This document shows positions 17,321 to 25,929 of a stretch of 64,000 nt of DNA, in pieces. The notes beneath the pieces were generated by a model. The model worked only from the letters and a program-made list of their open reading frames with translations. It was not told the origin of the DNA and ran no database searches. Position 1 is the stretch's first letter, and every line of letters starts with the position of its first letter. The DNA is from Candidatus Acidiferrum sp. (GTDB lineage: Bacteria > Methylomirabilota > Methylomirabilia > Rokubacteriales > CSP1-6). Where the stretch lies: assembly GCA_035317605.1 (NCBI GenBank), contig DATHGT010000133.1, positions 5,452 through 69,451 on the forward strand, in the 5' to 3' direction. Position numbers and translations under genes: made by a program.

Positions 17321-19396
17321 TCAGCGAGCGATCTGGGGGAGCGGGATGTCGACCGTCGTCCCCCACGTGGTCGTTTGCGTCTGTCCGTCGACCGACCGGT
17401 TCACGAGCCACTCGCTGGTCGTGCTCCGAAAGACCGCGAGGTCGGTCTTGCCGTCACCGTCGAAGTCGCCCGGCATCGGGACGTCGCCGAGGCGCGCGCT
17501 CGCCGGCGCTCCGAAGGCGCGTGTCTGGAAGCCGCTCAGGCTTCCGAAGATGTACCACTCACCCGTCGCCTGCCGGTAGATGGCCAGGTCCGTCTTGCCG
17601 TCGCCGTCGTAATCGGCCGGCACCGGGATGTCGCCGAAGTCGTTGGGGGCGGGAGAGCCGAAGACGACGGTGCGGAAGCCCGAGGCCGTCCCATAGATCA
17701 ACCACTCGCCCGTGGCGCGGCGATAGATGGCGAGGTCCGTCTTGCCGTCGCCGTCGTAGTCGGCCGGCACCGGGATGTCGTCGAGCCCGGCCGCGCCCGG
17801 CGCGCCGAACACCACGGTGCGGAAGCCGGAGGCCGTCCCATAGATCAACCACTCGCCCGTCGCCCGGCGATAGATGGCGAGATCCGCCTTGCCGTCGCCA
17901 TCGTAGTCGGCCGGCACCGGGATGTCGTCGAGCCCACTTGACGCGGGAGCGCCGAAGACGAGGGTGCGGAAGCCGAAATCCGTCCCGTAGATCAACCACT
18001 CGCCCGTCGCTTTACGATAGATGCCCAGGTCCGTCCTGCCGTCGCCGTCGTAGTCCGCGGGCACCGGTGTGTCACCGAGCCCGCTGGACGCAGGAGAGCC
18101 GAAGACGAGGCTGTGGAAGCCGGCGGCGCTGGTGAAGGCGAACCACTCACCCGTGCTTGGACGGTACACCGTGTAGTCCGTCTTGCCGTCCCCGTCGAAA
18201 TCTCCAAACACGCGCCTGACCACGGTGACCGCGAGCGTTGCCGTCGCCGTCCGCGCCGCGGCATCGGTGATGGTGAGGGTCAGCGTCCGCGCTCCCATCT
18301 CGACCGTCGCCGTGTTCCAGGCGTAGGTCGCGGCCGCCCCGTTCACCGTCTGCGTCGAGACCACCGTCCCGTCCACCGCGAGCTTGAAGGTCGATGACCC
18401 GCTGGCCCCCGCCGATATCATGCCGACGGTCGTGACCCCGCCCACGGTCGCGCCGCCCGTGGGCGCCGTGAACGACGCGGTCAACGGCGCCAAGGGTGGC
18501 GGCGGGTTGTTGACGGTGACCGGCAGCGCCGCCGTGGCCGTCTGGCCGGCCATGGTCACCGTCGTGGTCAGCGTCCGCGGGCCGTTCCCCACCTTGGTCG
18601 TATCCCAGGTGTACGAGAGCGTGGTGCCCTGCTCGCTCTGCGTGATCAGCACCGTGCCGTCGACCGGCAGCGCGAAGGTCTTGGCCTGTCCTCCCGCGGC
18701 CGTGGTCGACAGCGCCACGGTCGGTGTGCCGCTGACCGTGGCGCCGCCGGCGGGAGACGTGAACGTCACCGTGAAGGCCACCGGCGGCGGCGTGACGACG
18801 TTCGAGACCGTGACCGTCTGGGTCGCCGTGGCGGTGCGGTTCTGGGAATCCGTCACCGTGGCCGCCAGCGTGTGCGACCCGTTGGCCACCGTGGCCGTGT
18901 TCCAGGTGAAGCTTCCGTTCGTTCCCGAGTAGATCGTCGAGCCATCCACCTTGATCGTGTACGTATATCCGCTGCCGCCGCCCGCGGTCAGCGAGACCGC
19001 CGCGGTGCCGCTCACCGTCGTCCCGCTCGTCGGATTCGTGAACGACAGGATGAGCGGAGTGGCCGTGCTGGAGGTTGCGCACACCTCGTCGGAGTACGCC
19101 GAGACGCCGCCGGTGTCGTGGGCGAGCACGCGATAGCAGTACCTCGTCCCCTCGCCGACGGAGGTGTCGACGTACTGCGTGACGCCTGCCGGGATGTCGG
19201 CGAGGGCGGCGAAGCCCGAAGCCGACGCCAGTCGGCGCTCGAGCAGGGTCGCCGCGGCGCCGTTCGAGTTGTCGACCCACGATGCCGTGAGCTGGACGCC
19301 CGCGGCTTCGGCGGCTCCGAGACTGACGGCCGTGATCATCAGGGCGAGGAGCAGCAGGTGAACGGTGACCGAAGCGAATCGAGCCTTCGCGACCAT
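17321..19396 (-). CDS. secreted repeat protein: signal peptide, fibronectin-III/Ig-like domains, and six C-terminal FG-GAP/VCBS-like repeats
   Basis: 691 aa. ATG at 19396 has GGGAG 7 nt upstream on the minus strand. The signal peptide is MVAKARFASVTVHLLLLALMITAVSLGAAEA. There are three roughly 90-aa Ig-like repeats (T.SFT.P.GGATVSG...TATA.L.VTV), then six 49-aa repeats DYDGDGKTDLAIYRRATGEWLIYG...FGAP...GLDDIPVP. Confidence 0.7.
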   Translation of the reverse strand: MVAKARFASVTVHLLLLALMITAVSLGAAEAAGVQLTASWVDNSNGAAATLLERRLASASGFAALADIPAGVTQYVDTSVGEGTRYCYRVLAHDTGGVSAYSDEVCATSSTATPLILSFTNPTSGTTVSGTAAVSLTAGGGSGYTYTIKVDGSTIYSGTNGSFTWNTATVANGSHTLAATVTDSQNRTATATQTVTVSNVVTPPPVAFTVTFTSPAGGATVSGTPTVALSTTAAGGQAKTFALPVDGTVLITQSEQGTTLSYTWDTTKVGNGPRTLTTTVTMAGQTATAALPVTVNNPPPPLAPLTASFTAPTGGATVGGVTTVGMISAGASGSSTFKLAVDGTVVSTQTVNGAAATYAWNTATVEMGARTLTLTITDAAARTATATLAVTVVRRVFGDFDGDGKTDYTVYRPSTGEWFAFTSAAGFHSLVFGSPASSGLGDTPVPADYDGDGRTDLGIYRKATGEWLIYGTDFGFRTLVFGAPASSGLDDIPVPADYDGDGKADLAIYRRATGEWLIYGTASGFRTVVFGAPGAAGLDDIPVPADYDGDGKTDLAIYRRATGEWLIYGTASGFRTVVFGSPAPNDFGDIPVPADYDGDGKTDLAIYRQATGEWYIFGSLSGFQTRAFGAPASARLGDVPMPGDFDGDGKTDLAVFRSTTSEWLVNRSVDGQTQTTTWGTTVDIPLPQIAR
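17395..18280. repeat. tandem 147-bp coding DNA repeats (about 6 units) encoding the FG-GAP-like blades
   Basis: Near-identical units, for example ccgtcccatagatcaaccactcgcccgt...ggcgagGtccg starting at 17686, 17833 and 17980 (period 147 nt). Adjacent units are roughly 85-90% identical at DNA level. Other frames show matching periodic ORFs (17521..18135). Confidence 0.7.
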
Positions 19397-19828
19397 AGCG
19401 AGTCTCCCATTGCGCGAAGACCGCCATGGCCCCCTTCGTTTCGGTAACCCGGCTATCAGACCTCATGTCTGACCCGTGGCTTTGCGTCCCCGCCTCACGA
19501 CGGGTTTGCCTTTATCGGGGAAGGGGTCTTCGTTCTGGCAGAAGCCTAGAGCAACACTCGTACCGGACCGGATGCGAGTGCGACAACACGCCTTAAATAG
19601 TTGATTTCTTACGTACGAAGTACATTTCAGCAATCACCGTGGAGGGCGTGCTGCCATTTTCTGTCCAGCATCCGCCGGGCGGGGTGACACGATCACGATC
19701 GACTGCGCGCCAGGTAAACCCCTGAACCGGATTCCCAAACCGTCGCGTCGTGGGTTAGAGTACCCGCGACGATGTTCTCTGCCGTATTCACCCCTAGCCC
19801 AACCGTGAAAGGTTCGAGCGTCCGTTAG
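19397..19828. promoter_or_regulatory. 430-bp non-coding divergent leader/promoter region with AT-rich core
   Basis: No ORF of 60 aa or more. An AT-rich stretch acgccttaaatagttgatttcttacgtacgaagtacatttcagcaatca (about 19590..19640) stands out in a 70% GC background. It contains a TTGATT hexamer and short palindromes TACGTA/CGTACG. A stem CGTCGCG-N17-CGCGACG lies at 19740..19770. Confidence 0.3.
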
Positions 19829-21616
19829 GTGGAAGTCACCGATGGCCCCATGAGAGTCGCGGCGCTCGCCGGGCCATATGTGACCGCGCTGCTCGTCGCC
19901 GTCGTGTTGACCCTCGTGTGCGAGCGCGTGGCCCGTCGCTTCCGGTTGATCGCGCACCCGCGCGAGGATCGATGGCACCGTGAGAGCGTCCCGCTGCTCG
20001 GCGGCCTGGCCATCATGCTGACGGTCGCCGTGGTGGGCGCCGGATGGGGGGCCCGACTTGGTCGGTTTGCGCCGCTGCTGGTGCTGTCCTTCGCCATGGG
20101 CGTCGTGGGACTCGTCGACGACGTCAGGACGCTGCGCCCCCAGACCAAGCTGGCCGCACAGATCGTCGGCGCGGCCGTCCTGATCCAGTTCGGAGCCCTC
20201 CTCCCGCTCACCCAGTTCGCGATCGTCAATCTGCTCCTCACCCTGTTCTGGATGGTGGCGATCACCAATGCCTTCAACCTCCTCGACAACATGGACGGCC
20301 TGGCGGCCGGCGTGGCCGTCCTCACCGCGGTGTTCCGGCTGTGGCTCTTTCTCATCGACGGCGACGGCGACGGCGCCTGGATGATGGCGGCGCTCGTCGG
20401 CGCGGCGGGCGGGTTCCTCATCCGCAACTATCCGCCGGCCAAGATCTTCATGGGCGACGCGGGAAGCCTCTTCCTGGGCTTCTTTCTGGGCGGCGTCTCG
20501 CTGGTCAGTAGCTACGCCCAAACTCGCGGGGTCATCGCCGTGCTCGTCTTCCCGATCCTGCTCGTCCTCGTGCCCATTCTCGATACCTCATTCGTCACCG
20601 TGACGCGCCTGCTCAGCGGGCGATCGGTCGCCCAGGGCGGCCGGGATCATACCTCCCACCGGCTCATGGCCCTGGGGATCAGCGAGCGGAAGGCGCTCAG
20701 CCTGCTTCTGGGCGTTTCGACGGTCTCGGGGGTCCTGGCGATCCTGTCGTATCAGCAGGGGTTCCGATACTCGATCATCCTGCTCGCCTTGCTCATCATC
20801 TGGCTCGCCCTTCTGGGCGTACATCTCAGTCGCGCGCACGTCGTCACGGCTCAGGCCGGCGGGGAGGCGGCGGCCACCTTCCGTTTCGTGAACGACTTCC
20901 CGTACAAGCGTCACGTCGTTACCCTGGGCATCGATGCGATGTTGATCGTGGTGGCCTACTATGCGTCGTACCTGCTCCGCTTCGAAGGGACGTTCGAAGC
21001 CGAACGAGCGAACTTCATGCGCAGCGTCGGGCCGATCCTCGGCCTGCAGATCCTGGCTCTTGCCGTCTTCGGCAGCTATCGCGGAATCTGGCGTTACACG
21101 AGCCTTTCCGACCTTGTCCGTCTGTGCCGCGCGGCGACGGCCGGCGTGGCCGCCAGTGTCCTGTACCTGGTGTTCACCACGCGGTTCGAGACGTTTTCGA
21201 GAGCGGTGTTCGTGCTCGACTGGGCCCTCTTGATCCTCCTTCTCGCCGGAAGCCGGGTGGCGTTCCGTCTCCTCGGTGACTGGCTGCGGCCGCGATCGAG
21301 AACGTCCCGGCGGGCATTGATCTACGGCGCCGGCGACGGTGGCGCCCTCACCCTGCGTGAGCTGCTGAACAATGCCGGTCTCGCGCGGCGCCCGGTGGGC
21401 TTCCTCGACGACGATCGGCACAAGCGAGGCCGGCGGATCTACGGGCTCCCCATCCTGGGTGGGCTCGACCTCGCCGAGGAGATCTTCACGGCCCAGCAGG
21501 TCGAAGAGGTGATCGTCGCCTCACAGAAGATCCCGCCCGAACGGCTCGAGCAGCTGAGCGCCCTGTGCACGGCCCGCGGCGTCCTGGTGACGCGGGCGTC
21601 GCTGTGGATCCAGTGA
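19829..21616 (+). CDS. WecA/MraY-family (Glycos_transf_4) polyprenyl-phosphate HexNAc-1-phosphate transferase fused to C-terminal membrane segment plus CoA_binding-type Rossmann domain
   Basis: 595 aa. Residues 1-330 carry the 11-TM MraY/WecA core with NAFNLLDNMDGLAAG and FMGDAGSLFLGF motifs. Four more TM helices follow, then ALIYGAGDGGALTLRELL...PVGFLDDDRHKRGRRIYGLPILGGLD...VEEVIVA. This resembles the nucleotide/CoA-binding domain found at the N-terminus of WbaP/PglF/WbpM-type proteins. Confidence 0.75.
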   Translation: MEVTDGPMRVAALAGPYVTALLVAVVLTLVCERVARRFRLIAHPREDRWHRESVPLLGGLAIMLTVAVVGAGWGARLGRFAPLLVLSFAMGVVGLVDDVRTLRPQTKLAAQIVGAAVLIQFGALLPLTQFAIVNLLLTLFWMVAITNAFNLLDNMDGLAAGVAVLTAVFRLWLFLIDGDGDGAWMMAALVGAAGGFLIRNYPPAKIFMGDAGSLFLGFFLGGVSLVSSYAQTRGVIAVLVFPILLVLVPILDTSFVTVTRLLSGRSVAQGGRDHTSHRLMALGISERKALSLLLGVSTVSGVLAILSYQQGFRYSIILLALLIIWLALLGVHLSRAHVVTAQAGGEAAATFRFVNDFPYKRHVVTLGIDAMLIVVAYYASYLLRFEGTFEAERANFMRSVGPILGLQILALAVFGSYRGIWRYTSLSDLVRLCRAATAGVAASVLYLVFTTRFETFSRAVFVLDWALLILLLAGSRVAFRLLGDWLRPRSRTSRRALIYGAGDGGALTLRELLNNAGLARRPVGFLDDDRHKRGRRIYGLPILGGLDLAEEIFTAQQVEEVIVASQKIPPERLEQLSALCTARGVLVTRASLWIQ

Positions 21617-21670
21617 GGGGGCGCCGGCTCCGGCCGTCCGCTCAGGTGGAGGACCGGTCGCAGACCGAGA

Positions 21671-22840
21671 TCATCTGGACTTCTCGGAGCGCAGCCGCGT
21701 ATACAGGTCATCGATGTCGGCCAGGAGCCGATCGGCGTTGAGCGCGGGATAGACGCGCTTGCGCCCGGCGCCGCCCATCGCGCGGGCGCGATCAGGATCG
21801 GCGAGGAGGCCGACGATGGCGCTCGCGAGGGCACGAGCGTCTCCGGGCGGAGCGAGCCGTCCGCTGATTCCATCCTCGACGAGGTCCGGAACGCCTCCCA
21901 CGCTGGTCGCGACGACCGGCCGCGCCGCTGCCATGGCCTCGATCAGTGACACCGGCAACCCCTCGTTGCGCGAGGTGAGCGCGACGACATCGAGGTCGAC
22001 GTACACGCGATCCAGGTCTCCGCGCCAGCCGAGAAAATGCACGCGCCCCTCGAGACCAAGCCGCCCGGTCAGCTCCTCCAGTTCTCGCCGCCGCTCGCCA
22101 TCGCCCACGATGGCGAACCGGCACTCGGGAACGGTGCGATGGATCTCGGCGGCCGCGGCCAGGAAGAGCTCGTGGGCCTTGATGGGAACCAGGCGCGCGA
22201 CGATCCCCACGATCGGGGTGTGCGGCCCGACGGCCAATTCGCGACGGAGTTGACCGCGGAGGCTTTCGCAGCGCAAGAAGGGGTCGAGGTCGAGGCCCAG
22301 GGGTACGGTTTCGAAGCGGGTGGGCGTTCCGATGCCCATGGCCAGCAACTCCTGCCGGACGCGCTCGCTCACCGCCAGGAGTCGGTGGGTCCGACGGGCC
22401 AGCCATCGCTCGATCGCCACGAAGAACCGGGTCGTCGAGGGCGAGAAGTATCCGTGCAGGACGTGGCCGTGGTACGTGTGCACGACGGTCGGGACCCGAC
22501 AGATCAGCGCGGCGATGCGGCCGAGGGTCCCCGCCTTCGCGGTATGGGTGTGGACGATGTCGGGCCGCACCCGGCGCATCAGCCGCACGAGCTGCGCGAG
22601 GGCAACGGCGTCCTGCCCGGCCCTGATGTTTCGTCCGAGAGCGGGAATCATCTCCAACCGATCGAGCCGCTTGGCCTGCAGCTCGAGAAAGTTGCCCTCG
22701 GTCGCCTCCTCCGACCCGGTCACCAGGGTGGAGCTATAGCGGCTCGTGTCGAGGCGCTCGGTGAGGAGCACCGCGTGGAGCGCCGGTCCGCCGATGTTCA
22801 GCCGGGCGATGACCCGCAGGAGGCGGATGCGCTCAGACAC
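21671..22840 (-). CDS. glycosyltransferase family 4 (GT-B)
   Basis: 389 aa. The N-terminus RIRLLRVIARLNIGGPALHAV is a Glyco_trans_4-like_N start. The C-terminal motif is EGLPVSLIEAMAAARPVVATSVGGVPDLVEDGISG. It is the last gene of the long minus-strand array. Confidence 0.8.
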   Translation of the reverse strand: MSERIRLLRVIARLNIGGPALHAVLLTERLDTSRYSSTLVTGSEEATEGNFLELQAKRLDRLEMIPALGRNIRAGQDAVALAQLVRLMRRVRPDIVHTHTAKAGTLGRIAALICRVPTVVHTYHGHVLHGYFSPSTTRFFVAIERWLARRTHRLLAVSERVRQELLAMGIGTPTRFETVPLGLDLDPFLRCESLRGQLRRELAVGPHTPIVGIVARLVPIKAHELFLAAAAEIHRTVPECRFAIVGDGERRRELEELTGRLGLEGRVHFLGWRGDLDRVYVDLDVVALTSRNEGLPVSLIEAMAAARPVVATSVGGVPDLVEDGISGRLAPPGDARALASAIVGLLADPDRARAMGGAGRKRVYPALNADRLLADIDDLYTRLRSEKSR

Positions 22841-24749
22841 CGCATGTGTCCGGCGGGCCGACGGGGCAGGGCTGGTCGATGAAGGTTCGATGCCACAGCT
22901 CGAGCATCAGCAGCGCCCACAGCTGGCGGTGCCGGGGCTGCCCCGCCTCGTGGGCCTCGAGCAGCTTGCGCACACCCTCCGGGTCGAAGTAGCCGCGCTG
23001 CCGGGCGCGGGAGTCCAGCAGCACGTCGTGGGTCATTTGACGCAGCTCCTGGCGCAGCCACCGATCGATCGGTACCGCGAATCCCATCTTGGCCCGGCCG
23101 AGGATGCTCTCGGGGAGCACGCCCCGCATCAGCGCCTTGACCAGGTACTTCTGCGTCGTTCCCCGGAGCTTCATCCGGGAGGGCAGCGCCGCCGCGAACT
23201 CGACGACCCGATGATCGAGGAACGGCGACCGCAGCTCGAGCGAGTTCGCCATGCTGGCGATGTCCATCTTCACGAGGAGGTCGTCGGGCAGGTAGAGGTG
23301 GACGTCGGCCGAGGCCGCCGCCTCGGCGTCGCCGTCGCCATCGGCCGACGCAAAGAGCGCGTCGAGCCGGGCCAGTGGCGTTCCCCCGGCAACCGCGGAC
23401 TGGAACGCCGGGGTGCACAGCGCGCGGCGAGTCTCCTCGTCGAACACGACCATCCAGCGTGCGTACCGGCGCGCTCGCTCGAGGCCGAGGGCCTCGACGA
23501 ACCGGCGGAGCGCGTGCACGCGCGACTTGGGGTCGGTGTGGGGCAGCCACGAGGCGCCGTGGACCACGCCGGCCAGCAGCGGACGCGGCAGGGCGTCGGC
23601 GAGCCGGCCGAGCCGAGCGGCCTGGTAGCGATCGTAGCCGAGGAAGCTTTCGTCGCCACCGTCGCCGTTCAGGGCGACCGTCACCAGGCGGCGCGCCATC
23701 TGACACACGGCATACGACGGCACCGCGGACGAGTCGGCGAACGGCTCGTTGTAGTGCCAGACCAGCCGCGGCAGCAGCTCGACGGCATTCGGCCGCACGA
23801 CCAGCTCGTGGTGGTCGGTGTCGAAGCGCCGGGCCACTTCGCGCGCGTACCGCAGCTCATCGTAATCCGCGTCCTCGAACCCGATGGAGAACGTGGTGAT
23901 CCGTCCCGAGGTGACCTGACGCATGAGGGCGACCACCGTGCTGGAGTCGAGGCCGCCGCTCAGCAGCGCGCCCACGGGGACGTCGGCGATGAGCCGCAGC
24001 CGCACGGCCTCCCGCAACAGCGCCCCCAGTTCCTCGATCAGATGGTCTTCGCGCTCCTCGCGCTTCGGCGAATAGCGGAGCGTCCAGTAGCGTTCGACGC
24101 TCAGCGCGCCCTCGTGAAGACGGAGGTAGTGGGCGGGCGGCAACTTGCGCAGCCCGCGGAACGCCGAGAGCGGCGACGGGACGTAGCCGTAGGTCAAATA
24201 GTGATCGATGGCGGAGGGGTCGGCCTCCGCGGTCACGTCGGGATCCTGAAGGATCGTCTTGGGCTCGGAGCCGAAGACCAGGTGTTCCCCGTTGAAATGA
24301 TAGAAGAGCGGCTTCTTACCCAGCCGGTCACGGGCCACGATCAGGCTGCCGTCGCGGGCGTCCCACAGCGCGAGGGCGAACATCCCCCACAGCCGATCCA
24401 GACACTTGATTCCCTCGTCCTCGTAGAGGCGGAGGATCGTCTCGGTATCGCTGTCCGACCGGAAGCGATGACCCCGCCGCTCGAGGTCGGCGCGGAGGGC
24501 CTGGAAGTTGTAGATCTCGCCGTTGAAGACGAGGTGCAGGGACCCGTCGTCGTTGGTCATCGGCTGCCGCGCGCGCGGCGAGAGGTCGATGATGGCCAGC
24601 CGTCGGCTGCCGAGACCGACGTGACCGTTCACCCAGAGACCTTCGTCGTCCGGCCCGCGATGGCGGATCGTGTCGAGCATGCGCTGGACCAGTCGAGGGT
24701 CGACGGGCCGGGAGCGGTCGGTGTAGACCTTACCGGCGATTCCGCACAC
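22833..24749 (-). CDS. asparagine synthetase (glutamine-hydrolysing)-like amidotransferase, copy 1 (WbpS-like)
   Basis: 638 aa. It has an N-terminal Cys-2 (MCGIAG) Ntn glutaminase domain and the PP-loop SGGLDSS. Full-length AsnB architecture. Confidence 0.85.
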   Translation of the reverse strand: MCGIAGKVYTDRSRPVDPRLVQRMLDTIRHRGPDDEGLWVNGHVGLGSRRLAIIDLSPRARQPMTNDDGSLHLVFNGEIYNFQALRADLERRGHRFRSDSDTETILRLYEDEGIKCLDRLWGMFALALWDARDGSLIVARDRLGKKPLFYHFNGEHLVFGSEPKTILQDPDVTAEADPSAIDHYLTYGYVPSPLSAFRGLRKLPPAHYLRLHEGALSVERYWTLRYSPKREEREDHLIEELGALLREAVRLRLIADVPVGALLSGGLDSSTVVALMRQVTSGRITTFSIGFEDADYDELRYAREVARRFDTDHHELVVRPNAVELLPRLVWHYNEPFADSSAVPSYAVCQMARRLVTVALNGDGGDESFLGYDRYQAARLGRLADALPRPLLAGVVHGASWLPHTDPKSRVHALRRFVEALGLERARRYARWMVVFDEETRRALCTPAFQSAVAGGTPLARLDALFASADGDGDAEAAASADVHLYLPDDLLVKMDIASMANSLELRSPFLDHRVVEFAAALPSRMKLRGTTQKYLVKALMRGVLPESILGRAKMGFAVPIDRWLRQELRQMTHDVLLDSRARQRGYFDPEGVRKLLEAHEAGQPRHRQLWALLMLELWHRTFIDQPCPVGPPDTCGV

Positions 24750-25929
24750 GGTCGACCGTCTCCTCGTAGACCGCCTCGTATTTGGCGGCCATGACCGGCA
24801 AGGCGAACTGCTGCTCGATGCGCCGGCGGGCCGCGCACCCCAGCCGGAGCCGTTCGTCGTCGTCCTCGAGGAGGGCCAGACAGGCGTCGGCGAGAGCTCG
24901 AGGGTCCCTGGGGGGAATCACGCGGCCCGTGTCCGCGACGAGGGACGCGGAATCCCCGACGTCGGTCACCACGCACGGCACGCCGCAGGCCATCGCCTCT
25001 CCGATCACGTTGGGAAATCCCTCGCCGAGCGAGGACGAGCAGGCCAAGTCGACCGCGGCGTGCACCCGCTGCACGTCGTCGCGGCGGCCGAGCAAGTGCG
25101 CGCGCCCCTGCAGGCCCGCCGCCCGCACCCACCCGGCGAGCTCCCGATTCTCCCCGGTGACGCCGTCACCGCACAGGACGAAGTGGACGTCCGCCCGCGC
25201 CGCCGCGATTCGCCGCGCGGCGTCGACGAACGTTTGGTGGTCCTTGTAGGGGTCGAAGCGGGCGACGAGGCCAACCAGCGGGGTGCCGGGAGCGAGCGCG
25301 AGCTCGCGACGCAGCGCCAGCCGGGAGCCGGGATCCGGCCGGAACGTCGAGACGTCGAACCCCGTCGGGATCACGGTCATCCGGGGCGCCGGATAGCCGA
25401 GCGACGCGTGCAGCTGGCGGCCGGCCTCCGAGTTACAGATGATCTTGCGAGGAACTTTCGAGGACAGCGCGACACAGGCGCGGACGGTGAGCCGGGTGAG
25501 GCGCGAGGTCCCCTCGGGGACGAGACTTCCCAGCTGCACGTTCCACACGACGGGAATCCGGCCGGCCAGGAGGGTGGCCAGGCCGCCGATCAAATCCGCG
25601 TGGTGCATCCACGTCTGGACGAGGTCGGGACGCCGGCGCCGCAGCAGGCCCGCCAATCGTAGGATTCCGGCGGGGTTCGGACGGCCCCGCCGCAGCCCGA
25701 GCGACTGCACGGGCACCCCCAGCGCGCGAATCCTGTCACCGATGGGACCGATGTTCGTGAGCGAGATCACGTCGCACGCGAAACGCCGGTGATCGATGGT
25801 GCTCAAAAGCTTGTAGAGGTTGACCTCGGCGCCGCCGGTCGACAGCGTGGTGATGACGTGGAGCAGGCGGATCGGCCGCGAGCTCATCCCTCGCCGAGGT
25901 CTCCCGCGCGTGTCCGGGGCGACGGTCAT
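24730..25929 (-). CDS. glycosyltransferase family 4 (GT-B)
   Basis: Inside the track ORF 24730..26148. The probable start is ATG 25929..25927 (ATGA overlap with the upstream stop); 25887 (MSSRPIRLLHVITTLSTGGAE) is also possible. The C-terminal block is GEGFPNVIGEAMACGVPCVVTDVGD. Confidence 0.75.
   Translation of the reverse strand: MTVAPDTRGRPRRGMSSRPIRLLHVITTLSTGGAEVNLYKLLSTIDHRRFACDVISLTNIGPIGDRIRALGVPVQSLGLRRGRPNPAGILRLAGLLRRRRPDLVQTWMHHADLIGGLATLLAGRIPVVWNVQLGSLVPEGTSRLTRLTVRACVALSSKVPRKIICNSEAGRQLHASLGYPAPRMTVIPTGFDVSTFRPDPGSRLALRRELALAPGTPLVGLVARFDPYKDHQTFVDAARRIAAARADVHFVLCGDGVTGENRELAGWVRAAGLQGRAHLLGRRDDVQRVHAAVDLACSSSLGEGFPNVIGEAMACGVPCVVTDVGDSASLVADTGRVIPPRDPRALADACLALLEDDDERLRLGCAARRRIEQQFALPVMAAKYEAVYEETVDRVRNRR

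Noticed and set aside
17395-18280. Periodic repeats considered as a possible CRISPR array
   Set aside because: The repeats are 147 bp, contiguous and in-frame coding (FG-GAP blades). There are no spacers and no cas genes.
19805-19825. GGTTCGAGC T-loop-like string suggesting a tRNA
   Set aside because: There are no flanking T-stem, acceptor stem or anticodon arm complements.
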